A DNA stretch of 64,000 nucleotides. Source: Stegostoma tigrinum. Taxonomy: Eukaryota. Numbering within the stretch: position 1 is the first letter of the stretch; the number at the start of each line of letters is the position of its first letter. A program made the position numbers and the translations under genes. Below, piece by piece: positions 10,650 to 24,330 of this stretch. Location of the stretch: NCBI RefSeq assembly GCF_030684315.1, contig NC_081375.1, forward strand, positions 37,757,828-37,821,827, in the 5' to 3' direction. The notes beneath the pieces are model-generated. The model worked only from the letters and a program-made list of their open reading frames with translations, had not been told where the DNA came from and did no database searches.

Positions 10650-13508
10650 AGTTTCTCTACCACTTAAAGACCCAGTCTATCATTTAGAATTTGATCAGCT
10701 TGGTAGTACGGGCATTTCAGCCACTCTGTGGTGGACATCCAGAAAACATGCTGCACCTTTGCCAACCTTAGTACTACCTCCAAGTGATGCCCAACGTAGA
10801 AGAGTGCTGGGTCATCAACCAAAAATTCTAAAACTGATCGGGTGGTTAACACTGCTTTTAAATTCTCAAATGCCTCCTGGCATTGTTCCGTCCACTCAAA
10901 TTTTGAGTTCTTCAACAAATCCATCAACGGTGCCACCATATTACTACTTTGATACAAACATCCGATAGAATCCAATTTAGTCCAAAAAACTGTAACACTT
11001 CTTTCTTCAAGGATGGTCTTGGATATTCCTCTATGGCTTTCTCCTTCACGTTCCTCAGTGTCATCCTTCCACACCTGATGTTGGGTCCTAAGAACGTCAC
11101 TTCCGCCTTTGCAAATTCTGTCTTTGTTCAATTTATGATCTCCATAACTTTCTTTGCCTTGACATCCCTAATGGAATTACCTTCAGAAATCTGGCAGAGA
11201 GCATCAATTATAGTTAGCGAATACTTTTGGTTTTACGGAGGGGACCTAGACAATCATAACCCATGTGAAAGGTTGTTCAAATGCAGAAATTGCCAAAGGC
11301 ACTGGTTTTATTACTGCCTGTAGCTGCCTTTCCATGTGACACTCGTGACAGGTGCAGCAAATTTCAACCAGATCTTAAGTAATCCAGGCCATAGAAAGGG
11401 TTCTGCCTCTTCACACGAGACCTCCTCACTCCTACAGGTAATTCATGTGCTACCAGCATTACTTCCCCTGTGTGCTGCCAACAATACCATCTGTTGAGCT
11501 TCTGCCCATTTCTCCTCTGCACTAACCTGCCAAGTCTCCATTTCCACCTCAGGATTCTATCCTTAAGGTAATACCATTATGGCATATATTCTGATTCCTT
11601 TTCTGAGTAGACTTCAATGGTATAAATCTTTTGTTTCATCTTTTTGTTGCAACTCCATTAGTCTTTCAGAACAAAATACCTCTGCCTGATCCTCTACCTG
11701 CTTTGCTTTCTCATTTACCATTTCATCAAAGTTTCAGCCAACTCGACCTCAACTCCTTCATCCTTTAACTTCTGACTGAGATCTCATCACCATAGTCTGG
11801 AAAAATTCCAGGGTATTTTTCTTTTAATAGATCAGTCCCCTGGTTTTCTTTTGGCTTCTCTATTACGATGGGCATTACTTCCATCTTTGATGCGGCTAGG
11901 GTGTTCTAAGAACAAACTACATTCCTGGAATAGCCACTCTTTCAATCACTCCCACTGTCACTCGCCCAGTCTCAATTGGACTTTCTAGCCTTATCGTAAC
12001 AGGGGAACACCAAATCTTCCTCCATTTATTCCACAGATTACTACACTTGGGTAACATTTCAGATGGGGTCCAAATATTTTCATCTTACTATTAGAGACTG
12101 ACTAGCTCCTGTATCTGTCGATATTGTAACTTCTTTGCCTTCTCTCCCTGTTCTACCTGAGTAAACCTTACCCACAGACATGAAGCCTTTGAAGAGATCA
12201 GGCAACATCTTACTATCCAGCCCATGCCTAGGCTGTACACTCTCCCACAGCTCACCTTCTCTTGGGATTTCCTTCACCATCTCAACTTAGCCCAATGTTT
12301 AGCCTTTTTAAACCACATCCTTTCCCCCAGTATCTTTCTTAAGCCACCTGCACTGTGCCTTAATGTATTGCCCTCTAGTACCGTCAAAACATCAGAGGCT
12401 TTTCACCCTCTTGGGTTTCTTTTCTCATACGTGGTAAACTGTTCCTAACGTGATCTACTTTTTATATTTCAGTGAAAGATCTCACCGTTTCCCCAATTCC
12501 TATCCGTCACAGAATGAAATTGCTGTCAGAAGCCATATTTCGATTTATGCACTAATGTGTATTCATGCACCATCTCTACAGCTCTTCTTTCTGTTCCTCA
12601 ACAGGAGTTAAAACAGCAAGTTACGATCATTTCTGGAAGTGAATTTTTGAACTCCTCCAGCAGAATAATCTAAGATCCTCATTCATCTTTTCTGTCTTTG
12701 ATGCTCTCGGCCATCTATCCAAGTTGCTATGTCTAATTCTTTCAAATTCGACAAGTCTGACCTGGTTCCTTTATGAACTGTCGTCTCTGTGCTTCTGGTG
12801 CCGATTTGTAGGCACTCAAAATAGCCTGACCTACTTCTTCATATTCTCCTGACACCGCTGCAAACACCTTACTAGCCCCGCCTACCAACTTAGTCTGAAT
12901 TAACATTATCCACAGTGTTTCTGGCCAGTTCATCTGTTTAGCCAATTTCTTAAAGGAAATGAAAAAGGTTTCTAAATCTTTTTCGTCAAATTTTGGTAAT
13001 GTTTTGACATATTTGTATATATCCTTATCAGGGTGTTGGCCACAATGAATTTGCTTATGCTCACTTAATTTGTACTTTTCCTTCCACCATTTGAAGTATT
13101 TTTGCTTCAAGTTCCAACTCTAACATTCTTCTCTTTTTCTCTTTCTTACTCCACTGCACTTGCCTGTTTCTCTGGTATACCTAAATGCTTGACTAACTCC
13201 TTTACAACTTCAGCTTGCCTCTTATCCCTAGTTAAACCCAATTCTAGCCTATTTGCTAGGTCGAAAAGTGCGTCCTTCGCGTCTTTCTAAAACTTTCTTG
13301 GCAAATTTGAGAAGCATCTTCTAACACCAGAACCTCTTTAGCAATGTTAAGAGCCATTTCTCCTACTTTTAATTTAACCAACCACAAATAACTGAAACTA
13401 CACAGATTTTCCACTTTTCACCTAAGCTTTATTTAAAGATCTGGGATACTAGCTCCCAAGTCCATTTAAACCATCCAAATCCATTCAGATCCCAGATGAA
13501 GCCCCAAC
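10650..13508 (-). mobile_element. Gypsy (Gmr1-like) LTR retrotransposon internal region, degraded and internally deleted
   Basis: Gag (LPKFDEKDLETFFISF..MNWP..LIQTKLVG, 12742-13110); protease DTGASQS (~12100); integrase Zn-binding remnant (AHELPVG..WPGL..CxxC, ~11330-11450) and core start (DCLGP..LTIID); then RT/RNase H tail (FAKAEVTFLG; FEWTEQCQEAFENLK). PBS TGGGGCTTCATCTGGGAT (tRNA-Pro-like) at ~13489-13506. Confidence 0.85.
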
Positions 13509-14331
13509 TGTTACGAAGGAGCAGTCAACCCACCTCCTCTGATAACTAAAACCAAAACACCCAGAAAAGCTTGCCTCACCTCGCAAACTTTTAAAGGAGT
13601 GGTTAACTCAAAGAAATCCCTGATACTCACTTCATAATCAAGTAAATACATCTGATTAACTCAATTCACAAAACTAACAAACTGAACAATTCCCCCTTAA
13701 CTACTAACTATTCCCAAATAAAACAAAATTCTAACAGCATGCTGTTCCAATAGATACATATACCACTTAAATAAGACAGATTAATAATAAAAAAAAGCAA
13801 AGCTTAAATCTCTCAAAATTATAGCCAGGATCTGTTTTCTAAAACAATGCTTTCTCCACTGTCTTCCAGTCAGGAACGCCTTCCCCCATCAAATATTAGC
13901 TAATGGGTGCAGTGTCCTTTATTTAAATGGCGTTTACTCTAAGATCTTAGGAGATTTCTGGAAGAGCTTGTAATTTTCTCTTAGAGAAGATGCCTCTTGG
14001 GGGCTGTTCTCTTAACAGATGGCAGTTTGCTCTCGAACTGCTTTTCAAATGCCTTCTTTTATATCCTTGTTGACCCATTTATTTCTTACAATGGTGTTGG
14101 TCTGAGGTTGTCAAAATCACCAAATTTAAATTTAATTGGGTTTTGGTATCCAGGGTCTGGTTTAAGTTAATTGGCTAAATTCAAAAACCTGTCATCTTGG
14201 TAAAATTGTTGCTTTGCCTGCAAGTAGTATAGGCTTTTGATACAATGTTTCAATTTCAAGAATTCCCAGTGCATCTGCTGCGGCCTGCAGATATTTTTAA
14301 TATCTCCAAACACCTTTTAAAAGGGATCACA
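13509..14331 (-). mobile_element. Putative 5' LTR of the Gypsy element
   Basis: Ends ...CGTAACA immediately before the PBS; candidate start TGTGAT at 14331. No second LTR is available to confirm the far boundary. Confidence 0.55.
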
Positions 14332-14772
14332 GCACTTCCTCGCACCCCCTTATCTTTTACAAATTCTAATGTCCTGTCTTCGAGCTCACAAGTACTAGAC
14401 CAACTTCACCAAAGGAAGTTGGTCAACCACACCTCTTAGAAACTCTTTGAAAGAGCTATTCAACTAATTTCTTTCCCCCGTTCCAGTCTCCATGGCCTTT
14501 ATATAGTCTTTTCCCCCACATGTCAATAAATCCCATTTGATTGAATGTTACCACTAAAATCTGTTTACACCATTGTCTCAGGTAGTGTCTTCCAGATCTA
14601 GACAGCTTGCAGCATCAGAAAATGTCCACTGATTTTTCTCCAGATTCTTTTACCAACGTTTAGTACTAGCAAATTTGTCTAAGTGCTCCAGTTCACAAAA
14701 AAGTTTAATTAATTGCTGATTTTTTTTCCCCCCTTAAAGAATGATTAGCACTTGCACATTCTAAATACTTAC

Positions 14773-14924
14773 CCTTTGTCAAAATATGTTGCAAGACCTG
14801 AATTAGAAAACTTTGCACTGTTGACCATAGCAGAGGTACCATTACCGTTCCCTGAACTGTAACTTTTTCGTGTTGCTTGGTCCTTTGCAAAATTTCTGCA
14901 TGCTGCTAACTTTGATTCTAAGGC
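14773..14924 (-). CDS. NDEL1: NDEL1 coding exon 7
   Basis: Hand translation gives [50 protein letters not shown](G); ttcag| ... GG|gtaagt; 152 nt. The ORF track does not show this frame. Confidence 0.96.
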
Positions 14925-16942
14925 CTGAAAAAGAAATCAAGTTAGCTGGAAATAATAAACAAAGAAATTCCACACAACAGTATGAACTAATAAAGGAACC
15001 TCTTCCTAGACTATTCAAGGGGAACTCATGAATTTTCCCTCCCATCCCACCATAAAAATAGCACTGATCTGTTTTGAATGAGCAAACAATTTCAAAAATA
15101 AACAAAACAAACACAGAAACAATGCACAATGATGCTTATGTTTGAAATCTAAAACCACTGACACGTGACAAAAATCAGATCTCTTTCTCAATTGTGGAAG
15201 GGGGAAACTTAAGATAGGAGAATGCCATTTAATCTTTAGAGTCTGTTCTGCCATTGTAGAGATCAAGGCCAATCCATAACCTATCTTCGTCTCATGTCCC
15301 TGAATATGTGGGTAACATATATCTATCAATTTAGAAATTAAAATTAACAACTGACTCAGCATCAACTGTTGCTTGCATGCAAGTGTTCCAAACTTTTATC
15401 ACACTTTCCTTTACTCAAGGAAGGCCAAGCTCTAAATTTTTGACTTTGATCTTGTAGCACGGTTAACCAGGACTTGTATACACCTGCATGACCTCTTACA
15501 ATGCAAGAATAATCTGAAATATAGTAGCTACTGTAATTACTTACTGGCTGTAAAGCAATTTGAGATGGTGATAATGGGAGTATTTTTAGTCTGCTAGATA
15601 CAAAATCCATAACTGCAAGAGACTGAATATTTTTTGTACCAGTCCACCCATCCAATGTTTGGATCTCAGCTGTGTCTAGCTTTTCAATATTGAAAAAGAA
15701 TCCTGACCTGTCCTGTTTAGACAGAAAGTGAATGTCTATATGCTGCAGTTTCATCACTTGAATTAATCTATTAATGTCTCTTTGCAATTTTATGCTTCTA
15801 CGTAAGAGGGAAAAGCATAGGCACAGTGTCCTTCCTGGCCTACAAATAATAAATTGTCTTAACCACCCCTTCCTCCACATCTCCTTATGTGGATTCATGC
15901 TACAGTTCAGATCCATGGTGGGACAAAGTGACTTTTCATTATCAACAAAGCCAAGCATTGTTTACCCTGAAGGTCATGGAAAAATGAATGCAGAGGTTGC
16001 TGTTGAACAGGGACTCTTACAACTTTCTTTCTCCAATTCAGATTAACTGCAGTGTTTTCTTGCCCTATCGAAATGTACAGTATATATCCCTAAATATTAA
16101 AGATTTGCATATTTCAAATGAAAAATGCTCTTTTAAATCTTCCAAATCAGTTTGCTTTACAGGCAACCAGGCCATCTTGGGATTGTTACAGCACAGGAGG
16201 CAGCTATTTCGCCCATTCCGCCTGTGCCAGTTTTCCAAATCAGCATCTCATTTCGAGTCATTCTCCTGCCTTCTCCATGTAATCGTTCCCCTTTGAAAAC
16301 AAACAATGTAATAATTCCATTTGCAATGTGTCTGAACTTACCTCCACCACACTTGGGCTGTGCATTCCAGATGCTAACAACTCGGAATGAAAACGGTTCC
16401 CCTCATATCACTTTTACTTCTTTTATTAATTTAGAAAGAACTTTAAGTCTACTCCCTGTTGTACCACAAACAAGGCTGTAGCTAACTTGAGCACAGCAAT
16501 ATCAGGAAAACAGCAATTAAATTAATGACCAAATAACCTCTCTTTAGTAATGTTGGCAATACGTAAATACCGGGCATTCAGAAATAGTGTGTCTGGCAAG
16601 AGGACCAGTGACAGAGAGCTTGAGGTTATGATGGAGACATTAAGTTACAATCAAGGCATGACCAACACTTAGTATAGGGAATGTTGTACAGTAACATTAG
16701 ACAAGTATCATAGACGGTAAGCATTCAGTTCAGTATTGATTTAAGGAGGAATGCTTCCTAGGATTGTTGCAGAAGCATGTTCTTCCTTATACAAGTGTGG
16801 AATTTTAACGTTTGAACAGCTAGCTGTACTAGTTAACAACTTATGCAAAAGTAAAAATCAGTAAAGAACCACAACTGAAGAGAGGCTAAGAAGAATTTAC
16901 AGAAATAAAGGTTGCAAGTAAGTGATTGGAGATAGTACTTAC

Positions 16943-17034
16943 CCCTACTTTTCTTAAAAGGTCACCAACAATATTTAGTGCAGATATTCTTGCTGATGGA
17001 GTTAATGGCATTGTACCATAGCCATTTTGTACAG
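16943..17034 (-). CDS. NDEL1: NDEL1 coding exon 6
   Basis: [31 protein letters not shown]; tttcag| ... GGG|gtaagt; 92 nt. Confidence 0.97.
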
Positions 17035-19544
17035 CTGAAACAACAAGCCTTAGAATTTTTATACAAGTAATATGGGCATACAGATATACACACACCTGCA
17101 CAAACAGCTAAACTTAAATAGCTCCTGAAACAGTTACTGTCATTCATTTAACCAGTACTTGTTTCCCGCATTACAATCAACTTTTGAACTTTAGTCATTT
17201 TAAACAGCAGACAATTCAATCTTTCAAGCTTTTACTAAATTCTGCTGCCGTTTGGCCCCATACTCTGCTGCACATGAATGGCATTACAAATTTAAGCTGC
17301 ATTTCTTACAGGTAACCTGAATCTATGCAATTCAAGTCACATTGTGTCTGGGCCAGGTGCTTGCAGTCACGTGGACACAGAATCTGACCGAGGGAAAATC
17401 AGATACATGGCATCTCAATTGAGTCCCAAGTTTTTCAAATTTTGCTCTACCTTGATGGAGCAAATGCTGGAATTTTGCATTTCAAAATGGTACCATTTAT
17501 ATCAAAACATTGCCACCTCCAATAACATGGCACCGTGCAGATTCCCCAAAAAGTGGGCACGTATGCCACAGACATGCATTTGAACACCCTTAGTGTCAAA
17601 TCCAAGTTTTGCATCGACTCATTCTAAATATGGGTGTTTCACCAAAAACAATTTTCAAAGGCAAGGCAATGAGAGAACAAAATCCATGTGAAAATACTCA
17701 GATTTGATGTTACATTACTAGTGACAAAGTTCTTAGTGAGGTACCGGCAGATAGCTCAGACCCAAATTTGCGTATGACTTAAACCCAGTATCCAATCAGG
17801 TTGAAGTCTTTTTTAAAAAAGACCATTTCCTCCCTCTATCCTGATGTTAAAAACTAAAAGAGGTGTGTGAGTGCTCCATGTTTGAATAATAGAACATAGA
17901 ACATAGAACAACACAGCACAAAACAGGCCCTCTGGCCCACAGTGTTGTGTCGAACTATTATCCTATAAAGATCAATCTACCCTGTACATCTGAAAATACA
18001 TGTACGTTAGATTTTAAGATCATACGGACAAACGTTTGTAGAGTAGCTGTAAAACTATCATAACGGTGGCAGGCTTTCCTTCATTCATTCTCATTGTTTA
18101 GAGTGCCGGCCAGTGCTGGCAGGCATTTCAAACAGCTGATCAAATTCTCTCCTTCCTCCTCTTTAGTTTCAAAGTCAGAGCAAAACCAGATAAATTTCGT
18201 GAATGGAGCAAAATAACCAACATTTGAGATGCACATAAGCTATGTCCACATGCATATCACAACTCCATACAGAATCTCTGTACACAGAGGACACCACTCT
18301 CACCAATTGGGATAATCAAGCCTTAGTCTTACATCTGATATCCTCAATTTGGAAGACAGACAAAAAAAATTGGTTTCCTATGAACTCTTGCTGATATCCA
18401 AATTGTCCCATGTTGCACTTTTGAACCAAGAACGATAATACAAAAAAGTGCTAACTAAAGTAATGAGAAGGCCTGGAGTTTCTACTTCGTTGTATTGTTT
18501 ACTCCATGCAATTTAAATTTTTAATAATTACAGCCCTATACGTTGATCATTTGTGCCAACGCTCAGGAGAGTGTAACAGTGGTATATGAATGAGTATGAG
18601 CAGAAACTGGAGGTGAAAAAGAAAACATTTCAAAGCAAACAATTTTGAGCATAAATTCCACCAAAATGTAAGTCAACTGAGAATGTGTTACTTAAAACAA
18701 GCACTGAACACACCTTACTCTAAATGATATCCTGTGATCAAACCCAGTTTTACCAAAACTAGGTCCTGTATGAATTAAGTAACACTGATCAATGAATAAC
18801 TCAAGTAAATGCTCACCTGACTACTCTTAGCTTCTCGGATTACTAAACTGAGTACGTATTTTAGATTTGCAAGATTTTACACCACAGATTTGCACTGAAT
18901 GTGTTGATACTTGTACACAAAGCACTTGACTTGCACTTGAACACTGCCAATATCAAAAGTAGATCAATTTATAATTCTACATTGAAACATACTTGAGCAT
19001 TACTGCTGTATCTACTCAACTTTACATCAACATTTAGTTCAATCCCTATGGCTGTCAAACAAATTAGAATGTGTTTGGTCAAGTGATGTGAAATGCATGA
19101 GTAGAATTCCAAGTTCTTAGAGAAGTTGAACAGCACAAAACATGAGTGGACATGTACACACAGGATCCTTTCTGCATTTACATACTTACACATCCTAATG
19201 CTAACCTCAAGATTGAAATGGAATTACAATAGCGTTTAGTTTGTGGAACACTACCAAATTATTTAAGATAGCTCATTAATGCACACATTATTATAATTGG
19301 TTTCTGATAGCTGACTGAAACAGGAGGGGTGTTCCCAAATGTGACTGATTCAAGTTGGTAACCAACTTAATTCCTAAACAAAAATAGAAGTTGCTGGAGA
19401 AACTCAACAGGCTTAGTAACATCTGTGGAAAGAATTCTTACATCAGCTTACTACAAACATAATAAGCAGCCCATACTTATAAATGTATATACACAAACTC
19501 AGAATCAATATTTTGGTGATGCTCCAAAAACTTACAGCACAAAC

Positions 19545-19715
19545 CTTTGGGTGAAGCAAATCCATTGCCAGCAGTTCTTCCTACGGGCGTGGCTGGTAGA
19601 GAAAGGGATGCTTGAACAGCTGTATCCATCTTCTCACACTCCAGTGTTGGTGAACTAGGGGCAGATTTTCTTGTTACTTCCTGCCTTTCCCTTACTGCTA
19701 ATTCTTGACGCAGAT
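19545..19715 (-). CDS. NDEL1: NDEL1 coding exon 5 (phospho-rich linker)
   Basis: [57 protein letters not shown]; ttcgcag| ... AAG|gtttgt; 171 nt. The linker is NDEL1-type rather than NDE1-type. Confidence 0.95.
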
Positions 19716-21359
19716 CTGCGAATATAATCACAGGATTGGAGTTGAACAAAATTTGTGCTAAGGAACAAAAGTCTCAAACATTAATTTAGTATCATAATTT
19801 TAGTGCTAAATGTTACCATAAAGGTTACAACAACTCAGTAACAAACTCATGTGTCCTACGGTCAATGAAATCTCCAAACGGTCCAACTGGAATAGGACCT
19901 CAAGTCACAAGTAGCTGTATCGCTATGTACTCCCTTATAAGTGCAACAAATATTGGCTATTCAAGATTCTTAGTGTAGGATGTGGTGCCTTGTATACACT
20001 ATCGCTAAGATTGGTAATGCAGAATAGCTCAATCCCACTAACCTATCTTTTCTGGCATTCTCAAAAATAGGTGAGTCAGTTCAGTTGTATAGGTGTTTAA
20101 CAATCCCAGGGCATAACAGAACTTGCTTCCTCGAGTGATAAATTTGGTTTCAACAGGAGTACTCATTATTGTCCAGGCAAGCAACAATTGGAAATATCAA
20201 GCACAGGGAGGCCAGTAGTCAGAAAGCAGGCAGCTAGAAACAAAGACGTTTGTTTTTATACTATACCTCATCACATTCCTGCTGGCAGTACTAATGCAGA
20301 ATTATTCCCAAATACAAATATGTTGGATTGAAAATCACTAATTCAGCATATTGGTTGTTTTCCCTTTTGAATAAATGAGTAAAGGAACTTGCATTTATGT
20401 CTCATGAAGAGACATTCCAAAGCATTTCACAATGGAATATTGTTGTGACGTAGGAATTATGTGCCAAAAAAATTAACTTTTGGAATATAGTATGATAAAG
20501 TAGAAAATTCAAATTTACGTATAGAGTCCAAGTAGTGCTGGGGCTAATGTTATTCATAAATTGTGTCAGTATAATAGTTTAACACTCCATTTTAATTCAA
20601 TACTATTCGCCAGTCTTCCTGTTAGGTCTTGTCGACCATGAACTTCCTTCTGACACTTCGACTGTCAGCCTCAGTTCCCTTCTCAAACTACAGCCTGTGA
20701 TATTCTCAGCCTCATTTCCTGCCCTAACTCCTGGCTGCAACTTAACACCCTCTCCCACGAAGCCTTACCTCCTGCCCTTGCTCCCTAGCCCCCTCTCTGC
20801 AGGGCTTGGCTCACTTTAACTTTGCAGGTGCTTCCATCCCTTGCTCCCTGGCCTCTTCTCATCTGTTCTTATTTTAGGTCTTGGCTTTAGCCATTCCTGA
20901 ACTCTAGTTGTCATCCCCATCCAGCAACAGAATGTAAGTCAGTGCAACAGCTCCAGCTGCACTGACAAATTCCACCACTAGATGGGGATGGGTAATTCTG
21001 AAAATCCTGCAAGTTCTGTAGATTTTTAAAAATATATACATAAGCAGTATTTAAGTTCATGATGCATCTTATTTAGCAAGTTGTGTCAGCTAGGAATGCA
21101 CTTTCGTACAGTATTTCAACTTGTATATTGTTTCTTTCTGGACACTAACTATCCCAAGGAACCCAACTCCAAACTTTAACGCCGAATCCTATGGGAACCC
21201 CCAACTCATTTAAAGTCAGGATTTTCAGTAATGTAGCTGTATTGCACTTAGATGGGGAGGTTAAGAAAGTTCCCTCACCCTGAGCTTATCAATTCCACCT
21301 TAAAACTTTGTCTGCATTTAATTGATCCTGCTGAAACACTGCTTTAAAAATGAACACAC

Positions 21360-21496
21360 CTCGGGCTTCATCTTTTAACCTTTGAACAGAAACAAGAAGG
21401 GACTCCTTCTCATCAAGTTCACTTTCTAAAAATGCATTTCTTTCAATTGCTTGATTCAGCCGCTGTTCAAAATCTTCTAATGACACTATGGTAGCT
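21360..21496 (-). CDS. NDEL1: NDEL1 coding exon 4
   Basis: (R)[45 protein letters not shown]; tttttag| ... G|gtgtgt; 137 nt. Confidence 0.97.
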
Positions 21497-22585
21497 CTAA
21501 AAAAGAAAGAGACTTATGAATATTTCTGGGACTAACACCAGACAAGGCTGTGAAACAAAAAAACTACATTTCTTTATAAAAAAAAGAGAAATGTTTCACT
21601 GCTCAACATTAGTAATTAGTAACAAAAGTACAACTTAACGCAAGTGTATAATTTATTAGAAAACATTCAACATTAAAAGAAATATAAAATCATGAACTCA
21701 ACAATTCTGAGCAATCATTTTAATCAATGTTACTCCACTATAAACGTAATCAAACTGTAGTTGATGCTAATTTTCAATTGATTTTAAACAAATATTTTAT
21801 TAAATACTTGGATTTATTTGGCATCTTTAAATGGAGGCAACTACACCAAGGCACTTCACAGGACTATAAATGGACAAAACTTGAGGCCACATCGATGGAA
21901 AAAGACAAGGAAAGGTGTTAAAAGCTTAGTTAAGTAGTGACTTTTTAAAAGAGCTAAGATATAAAGAAATTGAGGTACTTATGGACAGAATTTGAACCTA
22001 GGGCACAGGTAGGCAAGATACGATATAGATGATGTGAAGAATGTGTGTAGGGAAATGTTTAAGGTCAGAATTAAAGAGTGTACAATTTGAGGGGGCACGA
22101 AGGTGGTCATGGAGACATTTGAATACATGAATGAGAACTTTAAAAACAAGACATTGGTGAATGGGGTACCAATGTAGTTCAAATGGACAGAGAAATGTCA
22201 GTTTGACTTGGTGTGGATTAGGATACTGACAGTAGAGCTTTAGATGAGTTCAAGTTTATGAACAGTGTAAGATAAAAGGAGGGTTAAAAAGCGTTGGAAC
22301 AGTTGACTCTAATATGTGATTTGAATAAATGAAAAGTACAATTAAGTCCAACATGCAGCAACTTCTGGTCCAACATTTTTGCGTATTACAAAATGAAAGA
22401 TAATGCTTTGTATTATTTCTCAGACATAATACAACAATGTGTGTCAAATTCTCCAGAAGGTTCCCTGCTGCAGATCCAGAATCACAGACTCAAGTGTAAA
22501 TACAGAACTTCCATAATCAAGTTTTCAACTAAATAAATAAAGTTTACTTTTTACAAATAAAATTAACATGAAACTAAATTCTCAC

Positions 22586-22734
22586 CTTTTGGCTCGTTCC
22601 AAATCATCATTTGCCTGCTCCAACTCTCTTACGTATTTATGCAACTGATCTTTGATACCTCTTGTTTGACCCAAGTCATCTTCTAGCATAGATATCTGTT
22701 TATAACTCTGTGCATACTGTTGTTCAAGTTTCTC
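22586..22734 (-). CDS. NDEL1: NDEL1 coding exon 3
   Basis: [49 protein letters not shown](R); tttcag| ... AG|gtgag; 149 nt. Confidence 0.97.
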
Positions 22735-23661
22735 CTGAAAGTAGCCAGCAAAAACAAAAGAACATTCCAAGATTTGATTTGTAATTTAAAGCTTTTAAAA
22801 TCAGGACCACATTTCATGAGCTTATGCAATGCAATTTTCATGAGAATATCACTCTCTCTCCTTTGTGCAAAATAATTCAAATTAGGTCCAATAAAATTAA
22901 TGCACTAGTTCACTAAATCACAATAATTTCAATCAAATAGCCAACAAGCTTTTAAGCCTAACCTAACCACATGATTTGAATTCCAGAAATAATGATCAAT
23001 TCCTGGAACTAACTCCAAAATTATCCAACTTGATCAGCATTCTAAATACATACTTGAGTGACTCAATTATTTTAATGCAAAGATTTGCCATTTTTGTATG
23101 TTACATTGTTTGTAATAGTATGTTACTATTTACTGAACAGAAGATTGGTGGTAGAATGGTTTACAGCATATGGGCTTTTCACTTCTGGGATGGGAATGCA
23201 TATCCAGCCTTCCGTAAGGTAAACACATCTGTTCTCATTTCTAGATGCAAAAATTCAAAATGAAAATAAGGTCGAGACCAAAAAACTCAAATTGCTACAT
23301 TTTGACAAGATCTAACAGCCAGCACATCAGCAGTCTCAAGATGTGCCGTACGGATGGTTGGTAGAGATCCTTTCCAAGTGAAGTAGGAGAAAACACCACA
23401 TTCTCTATTAAAATGTGTCCTTCATCTACGACAGTAAAATTAAACTGAAAATGAGACACGATAGTGATTTTAAAAAAAAGGACCATCAATTTTCCAACTC
23501 CATCGTCTGATTTTAATACCTGGGCTTTCATGGACTGAAATGTTCACGGTTTAAAAAAACCACACCATTTATTAACTAAATAATTTCAGTTGAGGGTGGT
23601 TTTATCATTTTCATCAAATGAGACTGAAATCAGTAAACTGGTACTTTCATTTTGATTGAGG

Positions 23662-24330
23662 GATAGCAAGAACTTCAGATGCTGGAGTCAGAGATATCAC
23701 AGTGTGGAACTGGAGGAACACAGCAGGCCAGGTAGCATCAGAGGGGCAGGAAAGTTGATGTTTTGGGTTAGGACCCTTCTTCATAAATGAAGGGGGTGGG
23801 GAGGGAAACAGGGAAATAATGAGAGAGGGGAGATGGGGCTGGGGAAGGTAGGTGTGTTGGTGATGAATGAGTGCATGTAGGGGAGTGGTGGGGACTGGTC
23901 AGTGGGATGGGTGGGGAAGATAGGTGGGAGAGAAGATGGACAGGTTGTGTCAGGTCAAGGAGGCAGGGCTGAGGGGGAGGGTTGGATATGGGATGAGGCC
24001 AGGGTTGGGGAGATTTTAAAACTGATGAATTCATGTTCAGGATGGGCCGTAGGATCCCAAGACAGAATATATGAGCTGTTGCCCCTATGGTTTGCAGGTG
24101 GTGTCATTGTGACACTAGTCGAGGCCCAGAATGGACATGTTACCCAGGGAGTGGGGGAGTTAAAAATGGTTCATGACCAGAAGGAAGGCTGTGTCATTTG
24201 TTGTGTATGCGGCACACAGATTCTCTACAAAACACACAGTCTCGGAGTCTACACTTGGTCTCTCTGATGTAGAGGAGGCCACATTGGGAGCAGCAGACCC
24301 AGTTGACCAAGTTGGTAGACGTACAGGTCT
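23662..24330 (-). mobile_element. Old PLE 3' fragment (degraded GIY-YIG end, 3' region and tail)
   Basis: Diverged reverse complement of the PLE 3' ~650 nt; degenerate hammerhead at 23757-23784. Confidence 0.75.

Noticed and set aside
14760-14772. Intron read-through isoform ending ...FDKG*
   Set aside because: The TAA is simply part of the GTAAGT donor; nothing supports retention.
15362-15958. 198-aa intronic ORF and similar 60-130 aa ORFs such as 38306-38707
   Set aside because: No recognisable homology, mostly non-ATG starts; consistent with chance or decayed repeats.
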